The notes beneath the pieces were generated by a model. That model worked only from the letters and a program-made list of their open reading frames with translations. It had not been told where the DNA came from and searched no databases. A DNA stretch of 27,881 nt from a virus. Its lineage: Duplodnaviria; Caudoviricetes. Position 1 is the first letter of the stretch, and each line of letters opens with the position of its first letter. The position numbers and the translations under genes are program-made. Positions 18,687 through 27,296 of the stretch are shown piece by piece. The stretch is taken from the IMG/VR virus record IMGVR_UViG_3300020044_001685, positions 1 to 27,881 of that record; one strand, written 5' to 3'.

Positions 18687-19880
18687 ATGCCAACAACAAC
18701 ACCAGCTGTAGCAGCTGTAGCAGACCCAACAATAGATGATGTCCTTGGTGCGCTCAGCGGAATAATGGGCACCAACACTGCTAAAGGGGCTGCTCTTGGT
18801 GCTCTGATGAGCAAAATTTTAGGGGGTGTTGAAGCGCCCGGTGGTGTTAACCAAGGTTTGGACATGTCCAAGGTTGGCAACATTGCGTCGAGGGCATATA
18901 CAACAACTGCGCCTAGGTTTGTTCCTTATTCAGACTACGGTACTCGAACTGTTGAGCCTACTATTACGCCTGAATTGGCTAGAGCTTTAGGCATCCCAAT
19001 GGGCGCTAATAATGCACCGCTTATAGGTGGTCTAAAGTCAGTGTCTGACTATTCCACTACGCCTAATATGTTTAGGAATTTTGCGCCACAGACAATTACA
19101 GCGCAAGGAACTGGGGTTAATAAAAACATAAACCCTACATTATCAGCTCGTGGCAGTAACACTATTGACCCATTAACTGGTGTACTTCTGGGTGGAGCTC
19201 TTGGTTATTTGATGCCTGAGAGCCAAGCATATAAAGACTCAAGTGCTAGTGGCACTGGCGGTAATGCAATTAATACATTGATGAATTATGGTTCATCTGC
19301 TGGGTCTGGTTTTTTAAACACTTTAAAGAACATTCCCGGCGTATCACAGTTTGCTAATTACTTTAAAAATACAGGAACACCAACAACGGACAGCGGCAGC
19401 TCGCAAAATACAGGTACGTATGACGGTTCAGTTATGAGTATTAAAGACGGCGGCATGGTTACGTTGATGGCTGACGGCGGTGAAGTACCTAGCTATTACA
19501 CGTATGGTCAAGTAGTTAACCCTGCAGACATTCTTAATCAGATGGCACAAGGCGGTCAGCCTAGGCAGGGTGGCTTGCACGTTCCTACTGTAGATGGCCG
19601 TCATGACTACCGTAATGGATCTCGCGTTACAGGTGAAGGCGATGGCCAGTCTGACGACATCCCTGCAATGCTTGCAGATGGCGAGTACGTCTTTGATGCT
19701 GATACCGTAGCTCAATTAGGTAACGGATCAACCAAGGCTGGATCAGACCTACTAGACAAGTTTCGTGAAGAAATCCGTTCGCATAAGCGTTCGGCACCAG
19801 TTAACAAAATACCTCCACCAGCTAAGTCACCTTTGGCTTATATGAAGGCAGCTCAATCAAGGAGTAATAAAAATGGCTGA
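18687..19880 (+). CDS. Putative internal virion protein with a C-terminal tape-measure-like GxGxGxSDxIPAMLxxGEYV domain (397 aa)
   Basis: AAGGA RBS, GxxLGxL hydrophobic helices, repeated xxGG motifs and VTGEGDGQSDDIPAMLADGEYVFDADTV. Confidence 0.7.
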   Translation: MPTTTPAVAAVADPTIDDVLGALSGIMGTNTAKGAALGALMSKILGGVEAPGGVNQGLDMSKVGNIASRAYTTTAPRFVPYSDYGTRTVEPTITPELARALGIPMGANNAPLIGGLKSVSDYSTTPNMFRNFAPQTITAQGTGVNKNINPTLSARGSNTIDPLTGVLLGGALGYLMPESQAYKDSSASGTGGNAINTLMNYGSSAGSGFLNTLKNIPGVSQFANYFKNTGTPTTDSGSSQNTGTYDGSVMSIKDGGMVTLMADGGEVPSYYTYGQVVNPADILNQMAQGGQPRQGGLHVPTVDGRHDYRNGSRVTGEGDGQSDDIPAMLADGEYVFDADTVAQLGNGSTKAGSDLLDKFREEIRSHKRSAPVNKIPPPAKSPLAYMKAAQSRSNKNG

Positions 19881-20868
19881 TATTTTACAAGGCGACCTAT
19901 TACCGTCAGCTATTACTACAACTCAAGCTCAAACTACTGCGCCTGAGTTTTACACTAACTACCTGCAAGACATCGCTAACTTAGGTCAAGCAGGCGTTCA
20001 GGGTGGTGGTATAGCTGGTATGTCGCCACTGCAGCAGCAAGCCCTCTCAATGGCTCCACAGGCGTCTTTTGCTGGCATGGGGACTATGGGGGCAGGCGCT
20101 GATTTAGCGACAAATGCTGGCACCACAGGATCTAATCAAATTGTCGGCAACTACATGAACCCATACACCCAGAATGTGGTGGATGAGATGGGTCGTTTGC
20201 AGGGTCGTCAGATTAACGAGAATCTTCTGCCTGCAATGCAAGGGGCAGCTGGTGCTATGGGATCGTTTGGCTCATCTAGACAATTCAATGCTACTGGCAA
20301 CATGTTGAGAGACATGCAGTCTAATCTAATGGGTCAGCAGTACGGTGCTTTGAATACTGGCTACAACAATGCTATGACTGCGGCTCAAGCTGACTTACAA
20401 CGTCAAATGCAAGCGGGACAAGCTTTAGGTGTTTTAGGTGGTCAACAACAACAAGGTGCTACTTCTGGGCTAAAGAGTTTGTATGAATTAGGCAGCCAAG
20501 AACAGGCTTTAGGGCAAAGGCAATTAGACTACCCAATGTCGGCAGCTCAGAACTATTCTAAGTTAATGCAAGGCTATCAGATACCTACAGGTGAGACTAA
20601 ACAGACTGTCGGTTCTACTGGCTACACAAATAGCCCACTGTCGCAGATTACTGGCTTGTTGGCTTCTTTAGGTTCTTTTGTAAGCCCCGGATCTACGACT
20701 ACGTTAAGCCCAGCTCAAGTACAACAACCAGCAGGAGTTCCAAAAGGAGCTGACGGTGGCTTAATAAGGTCTGAAGCTCCCTCAGCTTCGTCAAATATTC
20801 CTGCAAATGCCGCCTACCATGATGGTCAAGGCAACTTTTATGATACAGACGGCAACTTGGTGAGGTAA
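19873..20868 (+). CDS. Putative DNA-ejection / pilot protein (331 aa)
   Basis: AGGAG RBS. Gln/Gly/Ala/Met-rich helical protein with SPLQQQA, YMNPYTQNVVD and GSFGSSR motifs typical of podoviral ejection proteins. Confidence 0.7.
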   Translation: MADILQGDLLPSAITTTQAQTTAPEFYTNYLQDIANLGQAGVQGGGIAGMSPLQQQALSMAPQASFAGMGTMGAGADLATNAGTTGSNQIVGNYMNPYTQNVVDEMGRLQGRQINENLLPAMQGAAGAMGSFGSSRQFNATGNMLRDMQSNLMGQQYGALNTGYNNAMTAAQADLQRQMQAGQALGVLGGQQQQGATSGLKSLYELGSQEQALGQRQLDYPMSAAQNYSKLMQGYQIPTGETKQTVGSTGYTNSPLSQITGLLASLGSFVSPGSTTTLSPAQVQQPAGVPKGADGGLIRSEAPSASSNIPANAAYHDGQGNFYDTDGNLVR

Positions 20869-20870
20869 TC

Positions 20871-22631
20871 ATGGACATTAAAGCAGGCCCCGTAATAGGG
20901 GGTCTTAATCAAGCAGCAGCTGCAGGCGCAGATGTCCCGCAAGAAACGGCACAGCCAACTACTAATATTGAGGCAATTTTAAAAACGTCTCAAGAAAGAT
21001 CTCTTGCTGGTCAAAAAGCTCTTGATGCTCGTAGGGATCAGCTGTTGAATTTATCTCAGCAAAGAATGTTTAACCCTACGTTGATGAAGTTTGCTGGTGG
21101 AATGCTTGCGCCTACAAAGACTGGGTCATTTGGCGAATCTTTAGGTTATGCAGCTAACGCAGCTGCTGATGAGCAGGAAAAAGAATTTGCCCGTCAACAA
21201 GGGTTTGCTAAGTTGCAGTATGAAATGGAGCTTGAGTCTGCCAAACAAAAAGAAGACATGGATGTGAATCAAATGCTGTTTCAAATGCAGCGTAAGCCAC
21301 CCCAACCTGCTGCAGCTCCTGCTGGAACGTCGGGTGCTCCTGTTGTTGCTTCTTCCAGCACTGCATCGGCTCCAAGAACTATGTTGGCAGATACCTCTGA
21401 GGCTCAGCTTCAAATAATGTTAGGTAGCTCAAACAAAAGGCTGCAAGACATTGCTAAGTCTGAATTAGAACTAAGAAAAGCACGTCGAGAAAGCATGTCT
21501 GAAATGACTGTTGGCGACCGCAAATTTAGGGTCTACCCAGAAGAAATAGAAGACATGAAGAGGTTGGCGTCATCTGGTGATATTGCAGGTTTAAAAGGTT
21601 GGTATAGAACTTTTGGTGTTGAACCGATTTTTGTTAAAGACCCAAATGTAAAAGGTGGAGAGCGCTTAGCAAATGCGGTTGAGATTGAAGGAATGAAGAA
21701 AGCGCAAGAAGCTGAGCTTGGTGAGCAAAAAGAGCGCAGTGTGCCATACAGAGGGAAGATAGAAAAAGTTCAAATGGATCCTGCCCAATATAGCGCATGG
21801 AAAAAAGCTAGTGAGCAAGGTAAGGGTGATGAATATATTTCTAAACTATTGTCTGGCTCAACAGTTCCTCCTTCAAAACAACAAGAAGAAATTCAAAGCA
21901 AAGGTGAAGCAACAACTGCCGAAGAAAGAGCAAAAGTTTCTGTTGCCAAAGAAGCGCAAATTATTCAATCAGGAGATACAGCAACAGAACGTATTTTATT
22001 GGCCGAACAACTTAATAAGTTTGCTACAGACAAAAGTAAAGCAAGAGTCATGGCTATTCTTGAAAAAGCTACGCCTGAGTCAGCTCTTGGTAAGCTTTTG
22101 TCAGAGGGTATTTCAGCTGGTTCGTTTAAAATTGGTATATCAGAGTTGCGACAAATACTTACTCAAGCTGGCGGCAAAGAGGAAGACGTGCAAAATTTAC
22201 AGCAACTCGGAAACATTTATACGCGCTTAATGTTTATGAATGGCAACCTGTTTAAAGGTGAGGGCGCTGTATCTAACTACGAGCGTTCTATGCAAGAACG
22301 TATGGGTGGTACTGTTCAAGATACCCCATTGGTTGCTCAAGCTAGAGCAAACTACATTATTACTCGTTCTAAGTTTGATAAAGCTTTGTCTAATTCATAC
22401 CAAAATTGGTTAGACAGCAATAAGGGTGGCACGTTTGATAAATATAAACGATCTAGCGAATATGAAAAGTTAGAAAATTCGTACATGAATCGTATTCGTG
22501 CACTAGGCGATAAGTTCTTCCCTGACATGTCTACTGGTGCAAGTAACACGTCTCAATCTTCTGGCAAACGGTCAACTGGTTCTGATGGTAAAGCTGGATC
22601 TGGTGCAGATAATTGGTATTTACAAAAATAG
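20871..22631 (+). CDS. Putative internal virion / ejection protein (586 aa)
   Basis: GAGG RBS. N-terminal AGGMLAPTKTGSFGESLG plus a coiled coil, charged helical remainder with a GAVSNYE motif. Assignment is largely positional. Confidence 0.65.
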   Translation: MDIKAGPVIGGLNQAAAAGADVPQETAQPTTNIEAILKTSQERSLAGQKALDARRDQLLNLSQQRMFNPTLMKFAGGMLAPTKTGSFGESLGYAANAAADEQEKEFARQQGFAKLQYEMELESAKQKEDMDVNQMLFQMQRKPPQPAAAPAGTSGAPVVASSSTASAPRTMLADTSEAQLQIMLGSSNKRLQDIAKSELELRKARRESMSEMTVGDRKFRVYPEEIEDMKRLASSGDIAGLKGWYRTFGVEPIFVKDPNVKGGERLANAVEIEGMKKAQEAELGEQKERSVPYRGKIEKVQMDPAQYSAWKKASEQGKGDEYISKLLSGSTVPPSKQQEEIQSKGEATTAEERAKVSVAKEAQIIQSGDTATERILLAEQLNKFATDKSKARVMAILEKATPESALGKLLSEGISAGSFKIGISELRQILTQAGGKEEDVQNLQQLGNIYTRLMFMNGNLFKGEGAVSNYERSMQERMGGTVQDTPLVAQARANYIITRSKFDKALSNSYQNWLDSNKGGTFDKYKRSSEYEKLENSYMNRIRALGDKFFPDMSTGASNTSQSSGKRSTGSDGKAGSGADNWYLQK

Positions 22632-22638
22632 GTAAATT

Positions 22639-23661
22639 ATGGCTGATCATTCCAGTAAAACCCCATCTGAAATAATGGGTAGCGAAGAATGGAAAGGTGC
22701 AGACCTTCCAATGCGAAGGATTATCTTTGTCCGTGAAGTTGCTCGTTACCCAGCATTTGCTAATGCTGACGCTGAGACACAGGCAGCAATTAGACAAAGG
22801 TTTAATGTTGATGATCCTTCTCCAGAGACAAAGCCTGCGGCACCTACAGATGCTTTAGATGCAGCTGTTAACCAGCCTGCTTCTGACCCTAATTTAGAAA
22901 ATCAATTATTTGGTGAATTGAATATCCCACCATTGCCATCTTCAAATCAAACAACGCCACCACAACCAAATATTATAAGCAGGGCTATTACAGACTTCCC
23001 TTATTCAATTGCTGGTGGTGCTGTAGGCGCTGAGGCGGGTCGTAGGGAGTTAAAATCTGCTAAAGCTGCTATGGCTGCTCCCCCTGCCCCACCAAATGCT
23101 GCGTCAACTGGTAAATACTCAGGCTCTCAAAACTACGCAAAAGCAATGGCTACCCAACAGCTGCCAGAAGCTTTGATTGAGCGCGTAGAAACCATGAAGA
23201 AAACTGGCGAAGGTGGAGCTCATAGGCTTATTGAAGAAGACTTGGCTCGGATGAAAAAAATCCGTGACATAGGGTCTGGAGATTATCGACTGACTGGTCA
23301 AGGGCGGGGTCAATTAATGTTGTCTCCTGAAGAAGCCGCAAGAATTGAACAAGAACTTGCAAAAAAACAAAGAATGTCTTCAATTAAAGGTGCTATTAAA
23401 GAAGGAGCAGGAACAACTAGTAGGTTGTTGGGTAAGATACCTCTAGGCAGCACTTTAATGGGTGTTGGGGCTGGTTTAGAGGGCAAGCAAGCCTACGATG
23501 CATACAATCAAGGGGATTACCCCTTGGCGGCTATTTATGGCCTTGGAGCGCTTGGTTCTGCGGCTTCTTTGATCCCTCATCCTGCAACTAGGTTGGGTGG
23601 TGGTGCGTTGTCTTTATTGTCTGTCCCAGCTGCTGAGATGTACAAACGCATGAAGAAATAA
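22639..23661 (+). CDS. Putative internal virion protein with C-terminal Gly-rich hydrophobic helices (340 aa)
   Basis: AGGT RBS, Pro-rich linker, and C-terminal LMGVGAGLEG...IYGLGALGSAASLIP...LGGGALSLL. Last gene of the + strand operon. Confidence 0.65.
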   Translation: MADHSSKTPSEIMGSEEWKGADLPMRRIIFVREVARYPAFANADAETQAAIRQRFNVDDPSPETKPAAPTDALDAAVNQPASDPNLENQLFGELNIPPLPSSNQTTPPQPNIISRAITDFPYSIAGGAVGAEAGRRELKSAKAAMAAPPAPPNAASTGKYSGSQNYAKAMATQQLPEALIERVETMKKTGEGGAHRLIEEDLARMKKIRDIGSGDYRLTGQGRGQLMLSPEEAARIEQELAKKQRMSSIKGAIKEGAGTTSRLLGKIPLGSTLMGVGAGLEGKQAYDAYNQGDYPLAAIYGLGALGSAASLIPHPATRLGGGALSLLSVPAAEMYKRMKK

Positions 23662-23707
23662 CGGTGCCGCTGGACTCCCCGAGCGTGCTTGACGCTCCCA
23701 GTGGATT

Positions 23708-23737
23708 CCCCCTAGTTGATGCTAGGGGGTTTTTTTT
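23708..23737 (+). terminator. Rho-independent terminator of the late operon
   Basis: Stem CCCCCTAG (23708-23715) / CTAGGGGG (23722-23729), 6-nt loop, followed by 8 T, at the convergence point of the two gene blocks. Confidence 0.92.
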
Positions 23738-23987
23738 AGCCTCTGCGTTCACGTATTACACGAGCAATCTCAGGGTTTAGGGCGTCTACAATCTTCAGAA
23801 TCTCATCTCGCTCAGCCTTAGCTATTGCTTGGCCTGCAGTAAGAATCAACTTCTCAGAATATTCAATCAACTCTATGTCGTCAGGGTATATGCCATCTTT
23901 GATCTGGTTATTACACTGAAAGTAGACTTGCTTGATTAGCTCTTCGTTAACGTACTTTTGTGCGTCTTGTCGTAGTTCATTGCTCAT
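23736..23987 (-). CDS. Hypothetical protein (83 aa)
   Basis: ATG with upstream AAGGGAAAAG. Overlaps the upstream small ORF and ends at the terminator T tract. Confidence 0.75.
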   Translation of the reverse strand: MSNELRQDAQKYVNEELIKQVYFQCNNQIKDGIYPDDIELIEYSEKLILTAGQAIAKAERDEILKIVDALNPEIARVIRERRG

Positions 23988-24144
23988 TCTTTTCCCTTTC
24001 TTTGATCATTGCGTCTGCGTATTCGTAAGCCGCACGGGCAGCACTTATTGGCGGTTCAGTTTCGCAAAATGAGCTAAGTGCAACCGCAGCAAAATAATCA
24101 CGCAAGTCCATGCCTTCGCTTCTGTGGTTTGGGTATGCTTTCAT
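23977..24144 (-). CDS. Small phage protein, 55 aa (MKAYPNHRSEGMDLRDYFAAVALSSFCETEPPISAARAAYEYADAMIKEREKNEQ); missing from the ORF track
   Basis: Translated by hand. GGAG RBS. Carries the GMxLRDYFAA...AYxxADAM motif common among small phage early proteins, and fills the gap exactly. Confidence 0.88.
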   Translation of the reverse strand: MKAYPNHRSEGMDLRDYFAAVALSSFCETEPPISAARAAYEYADAMIKEREKNEQ

Positions 24145-24516
24145 TTATGTCTCCAGTCTCATAATTTCAAATGCTTGTTTTTCGAGATCTTGCCTACCAG
24201 TATGACCGCCCTTACCAAATGCAAAATGAGCATAAGACGCCGATGCAGTAGATACTTCATTTAATTCAAAATTTCCCTTTGGTACGTAAGTAATTTCTCC
24301 AACTTTAAGCGGTTGAATATATTGCCTTACGTATTCGCGCAATGTCCCTCTTCCGTATTTGTCAGCATACGACCTGCCCCTCCTGTTCTTTTGTTTTTTT
24401 GTAAGAATTTCTAGTGTGCCGTGTTTTTCTTCCCCAGCAAGAATGGCGTACTCAACCCCAATAGAGTTAAGCAACTTGATTGCTTTAGTTAAAGTCATTC
24501 GTTGAATTTCTAACAT
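24145..24516 (-). CDS. Hypothetical basic protein (123 aa), possibly DNA-binding
   Basis: GAGGA RBS and a basic patch KKQKNRRGR. No family recognised. Confidence 0.7.
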   Translation of the reverse strand: MLEIQRMTLTKAIKLLNSIGVEYAILAGEEKHGTLEILTKKQKNRRGRSYADKYGRGTLREYVRQYIQPLKVGEITYVPKGNFELNEVSTASASYAHFAFGKGGHTGRQDLEKQAFEIMRLET

Positions 24517-24523
24517 GTTGTCC

Positions 24524-25288
24524 TCACTCGTGGTTGTTTTTGAGCTGCCAATAATTTAATAAATTCTGGAACATCTTCCAGCCCTTTTGTATGTCATCTT
24601 CAGCCCATTCATGGACATGCGCCAAGTCTGGGTTATTCCGAGATACAAAGACGTTTGCACACTTAGCACTAGGTAGCCCTAGACCTGCTCGGTAGGCTGC
24701 GAGCTGTAGCATGTGCTCGTCGTATGCCAAAGGCTTAGACAGGTCTTTAAAGTCCTTAGTCTTGATGTCTATGACTATCCCATCGCCGTCAGCGTTAAAC
24801 ATGTCGCATTTCCCGCCAAACCCTAGCTCATGGGAGAAAGACTTCTCACAGACCCAGCTACGAGCCCCGTAGAAGGCTTCTATGGCGTTTTTACAAGCCT
24901 CGACATGGTGTGGGTACTTGGAAGCTGTACGACCCTCGTAGAAGCCCTGTATGGCTGCGTGGATCTCTGTCCCTAGATCAGCTGCATCTTTGCCCTGCTG
25001 CTTAGAATCTGACAGGACGCGCTTTAGCCAGACTGACTCCAGCTCATCTTCACCCCTTGGTAGAGTCAAAGCTGCCAGAATTGCCTGCTCTTGCAACCAC
25101 ACTGTAAGAGCTGGCTTGGCTGCTACGCCAATGATGCCGCTGACTGAGGGGACTAGGTTGAGCTCTCTGGCATCCCGCAAGGTAGTGTTACGCATCTTGC
25201 CTGTGCTCTTGCCCATAATTGTGTACATCGGATCCCCTTCACGGGTGTACCAATGACCTGCTTCTGATGTATGTTCTTTCGCTATCAT
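24524..25288 (-). CDS. PD-(D/E)XK (RecB-like) phage exonuclease (254 aa)
   Basis: PSVSGII, GTEIH, E...GGKCD...IDIKT and QLAAY motifs of RecB-family nucleases. GAGGA RBS. Confidence 0.85.
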   Translation of the reverse strand: MIAKEHTSEAGHWYTREGDPMYTIMGKSTGKMRNTTLRDARELNLVPSVSGIIGVAAKPALTVWLQEQAILAALTLPRGEDELESVWLKRVLSDSKQQGKDAADLGTEIHAAIQGFYEGRTASKYPHHVEACKNAIEAFYGARSWVCEKSFSHELGFGGKCDMFNADGDGIVIDIKTKDFKDLSKPLAYDEHMLQLAAYRAGLGLPSAKCANVFVSRNNPDLAHVHEWAEDDIQKGWKMFQNLLNYWQLKNNHE

Positions 25289-25710
25289 AAAATCCTCTTA
25301 AATTTATCTACTGGGATAAAAACCATTGGCTCTTGATCTTGTGAATCTTCTCTGTCGTACCTGCCGCCAAACCCATAAGTAACTTCTGAGCTGCCTGCCT
25401 TATAGAAAAACACTCCGTCATCCCATTTAATAATCAAGACAAACGGAATATTCATCTCTACAGCCATCTCTTTGCCCTTTATCCACTTCTGTAATGACAG
25501 CATAAGAGTAGGGTATTGACTGCTAGGGTTGAGCCTTCGTTTAATTTCAGCCACATACTTTGGCTTACCCTTTTCCATAATTAGCCAGTCAACGTGATAG
25601 GCAATCTTTAGTTTATGGAATACGTAGCCATTTTTAGCTGACAGAAGACCCGCCACTTCTTTTTCGTTGGCTAGATCTTTACTGCTTTCATACATAGGAC
25701 GAGACGTCAT
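25285..25710 (-). CDS. Small PD-(D/E)XK restriction-endonuclease-fold protein (141 aa)
   Basis: N-terminal helix with E, then YHVDW...AEIKRR (D...ExK). ATGA overlaps at both ends. Confidence 0.65.
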   Translation of the reverse strand: MTSRPMYESSKDLANEKEVAGLLSAKNGYVFHKLKIAYHVDWLIMEKGKPKYVAEIKRRLNPSSQYPTLMLSLQKWIKGKEMAVEMNIPFVLIIKWDDGVFFYKAGSSEVTYGFGGRYDREDSQDQEPMVFIPVDKFKRIL

Positions 25711-26285
25711 TTTTTACTACGCTCTTGAATCTTGCGTTCAATCTCGTCATACGCTTCTTCAGCCCTAACCTTAGAGTTAGCAACATCGTCTTGACGTATT
25801 TGATCAACCACTAGCTTATTCATGTCACCCAGTGGGTACTTCAGAAGAACGTAGGCAACGTACTTATCGCCTTCTTGGAATATCTGTGTCTTCTCTTCTT
25901 GAACCCCACTCATACGCATTTTGAGGGCTTCTTGGACAGTAGCTATAGATACGTTGTTAGATACCTGAGCCCCACTAGTAGGGCCGTTCTCTTCCATAAA
26001 CAACTTCATGATGGAATTGACTTCACCTTGGATGGTGATAGCTAACTGGGATCTAGCAAGCATGGTGGCTTTAGTAACAGCCATTTGGACATCACGGGAC
26101 TTGGCTGCAGCCTTCTCATACAGGGCATCAGCATCTTTGGGGGGCTTTAGATACCAATCAGGTATCTGGTCTATCTGTCTGGCGACTTCTTTTTTTATGT
26201 CTTCTTTAGCACTTTGAGCTTCAGTTTTAAATATACTGCAGCCAACTAAAGTGATTAAACAAATTAACGCTAATAATTTTTTCAT
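25707..26285 (-). CDS. Lipoprotein, LPP20-like (192 aa)
   Basis: Signal peptide MKKLLALICLITLVG-C with an LVGC lipobox, and the PDWY...A..KA...AR.QLA pattern of LPP20-type lipoproteins. Confidence 0.75.
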   Translation of the reverse strand: MKKLLALICLITLVGCSIFKTEAQSAKEDIKKEVARQIDQIPDWYLKPPKDADALYEKAAAKSRDVQMAVTKATMLARSQLAITIQGEVNSIMKLFMEENGPTSGAQVSNNVSIATVQEALKMRMSGVQEEKTQIFQEGDKYVAYVLLKYPLGDMNKLVVDQIRQDDVANSKVRAEEAYDEIERKIQERSKK

Positions 26286-26296
26286 GGTAATTCTCT

Positions 26297-27088
26297 CTAT
26301 TGAAGTTTATGGCTCTTGTCTTTAGCCCACACAAGGTAAGGCATTCTGACGACTCTTCTTTCGCTTTTCGGGATCTCTTGAATTCTCTGGTTAAACTCTG
26401 CTAAAGAGAATGTCTTCCTAAATGAGATTGGCCGCTTTGTTGCAACTGCAATCATTACTTCGCCTGCTATGTTCCCGTTAACCTTAACCTTTGGGAAAGT
26501 AGCCCAAAGAACTAGTGGGTTTTCAGGAAGCTCTACCTTGCTAGTAATTACTTCTTCAAACTGATACAGGAACTGCACTTGCTCATGACGCTCTAAGTAC
26601 GGTGAAAAGTAAAACAGGTTTAAAAACATTGGTTGGGTTGGATTGACTATTACTTTGAATAGCTCACCTTCCCGTAATTGAGTTTTAGATACCCGTATTT
26701 CTGGGTCAAACCCAATGTCAGACTTCCCACTGTCTTTAGTAAGAGCTACCTCTACAGCGACTTTACAAGACCGTATGCTTGATCCTGATACCTCTGTACT
26801 CAACTTTCGCAGGCCAGTCACCATGCCCTCTGTGTATGACGTAGACGAGATAAGCATTTGACATACTTCCTCGCTTGCTTCGTTACACAGCTGGTATTGA
26901 GACGTTGATACAGCTTCGCCTGCTACTTGTCTTACTACGCTAAAGATCGCTTTATTTTCTGCAGCCATACACGCAGCACGTTCCGACACGTCAGGGCCAA
27001 ACTGTTCTATTGCTTCCCCTCGATGCCACTCTGGTTGCGATGATGATGTAATCAGGCTAAACAGAAGTGACAGTATTTGTTTTTCCAT
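26297..27088 (-). CDS. Putative exported protein with a C-terminal DUF4384-like domain (263 aa)
   Basis: N-terminal hydrophobic stretch ILSLLFSLI, four Cys in the N-terminal domain, and C-terminal LREGELFKVIVNPTQPMFLNLF...GEVMIAVATKRPI resembling DUF4384. Confidence 0.6.
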   Translation of the reverse strand: MEKQILSLLFSLITSSSQPEWHRGEAIEQFGPDVSERAACMAAENKAIFSVVRQVAGEAVSTSQYQLCNEASEEVCQMLISSTSYTEGMVTGLRKLSTEVSGSSIRSCKVAVEVALTKDSGKSDIGFDPEIRVSKTQLREGELFKVIVNPTQPMFLNLFYFSPYLERHEQVQFLYQFEEVITSKVELPENPLVLWATFPKVKVNGNIAGEVMIAVATKRPISFRKTFSLAEFNQRIQEIPKSERRVVRMPYLVWAKDKSHKLQ

Positions 27089-27296
27089 TTTCGCTAATAA
27101 ATTCTTTAATATCCGCTATGGTCATTCCAGTCTTCTCATGAATCAGAATCATGATGTCACCACTAATACCAATAACACCATGCCTGATCTTACTAAGCAC
27201 TGGAGGCTTGAGCCCCAGAGCCTCACACAACCGCCTATCAGATGGAATGTTGTACTCCGTCTTTAAGAAATCAAACAGCGTGTGTGCTGGGGCCAT
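27057..27296 (-). CDS. XRE/Cro-like helix-turn-helix protein (79 aa)
   Basis: SDRRLCEALGLKPPVLSKIRHG helix-turn-helix pattern. GGAG RBS. Confidence 0.75.
   Translation of the reverse strand: MAPAHTLFDFLKTEYNIPSDRRLCEALGLKPPVLSKIRHGVIGISGDIMILIHEKTGMTIADIKEFISENGKTNTVTSV

Noticed and set aside
7261-19880. Three genes ending in ...NG-stop through an ATGGCTRA overlap (7261, 13321, 19873)
   Set aside because: This follows simply from an 8-nt stop/start overlap with Met-Ala starts. It is ordinary translational coupling rather than a protein motif.
14341-23313. Alternative-frame and antisense ORFs within the ejection genes (for example 17837..18298 -, 18530..18883 -, 21811..22230 +)
   Set aside because: They are nested in or overlap long, well-supported ORFs and show low-complexity or frame-shadow composition with no independent signals.
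24524-25288. Cas4 assignment for the exonuclease
   Set aside because: It lacks the C-terminal CxxC...C iron-sulfur cluster motif and there is no CRISPR context. It is better called a generic RecB-like PD-(D/E)XK nuclease.
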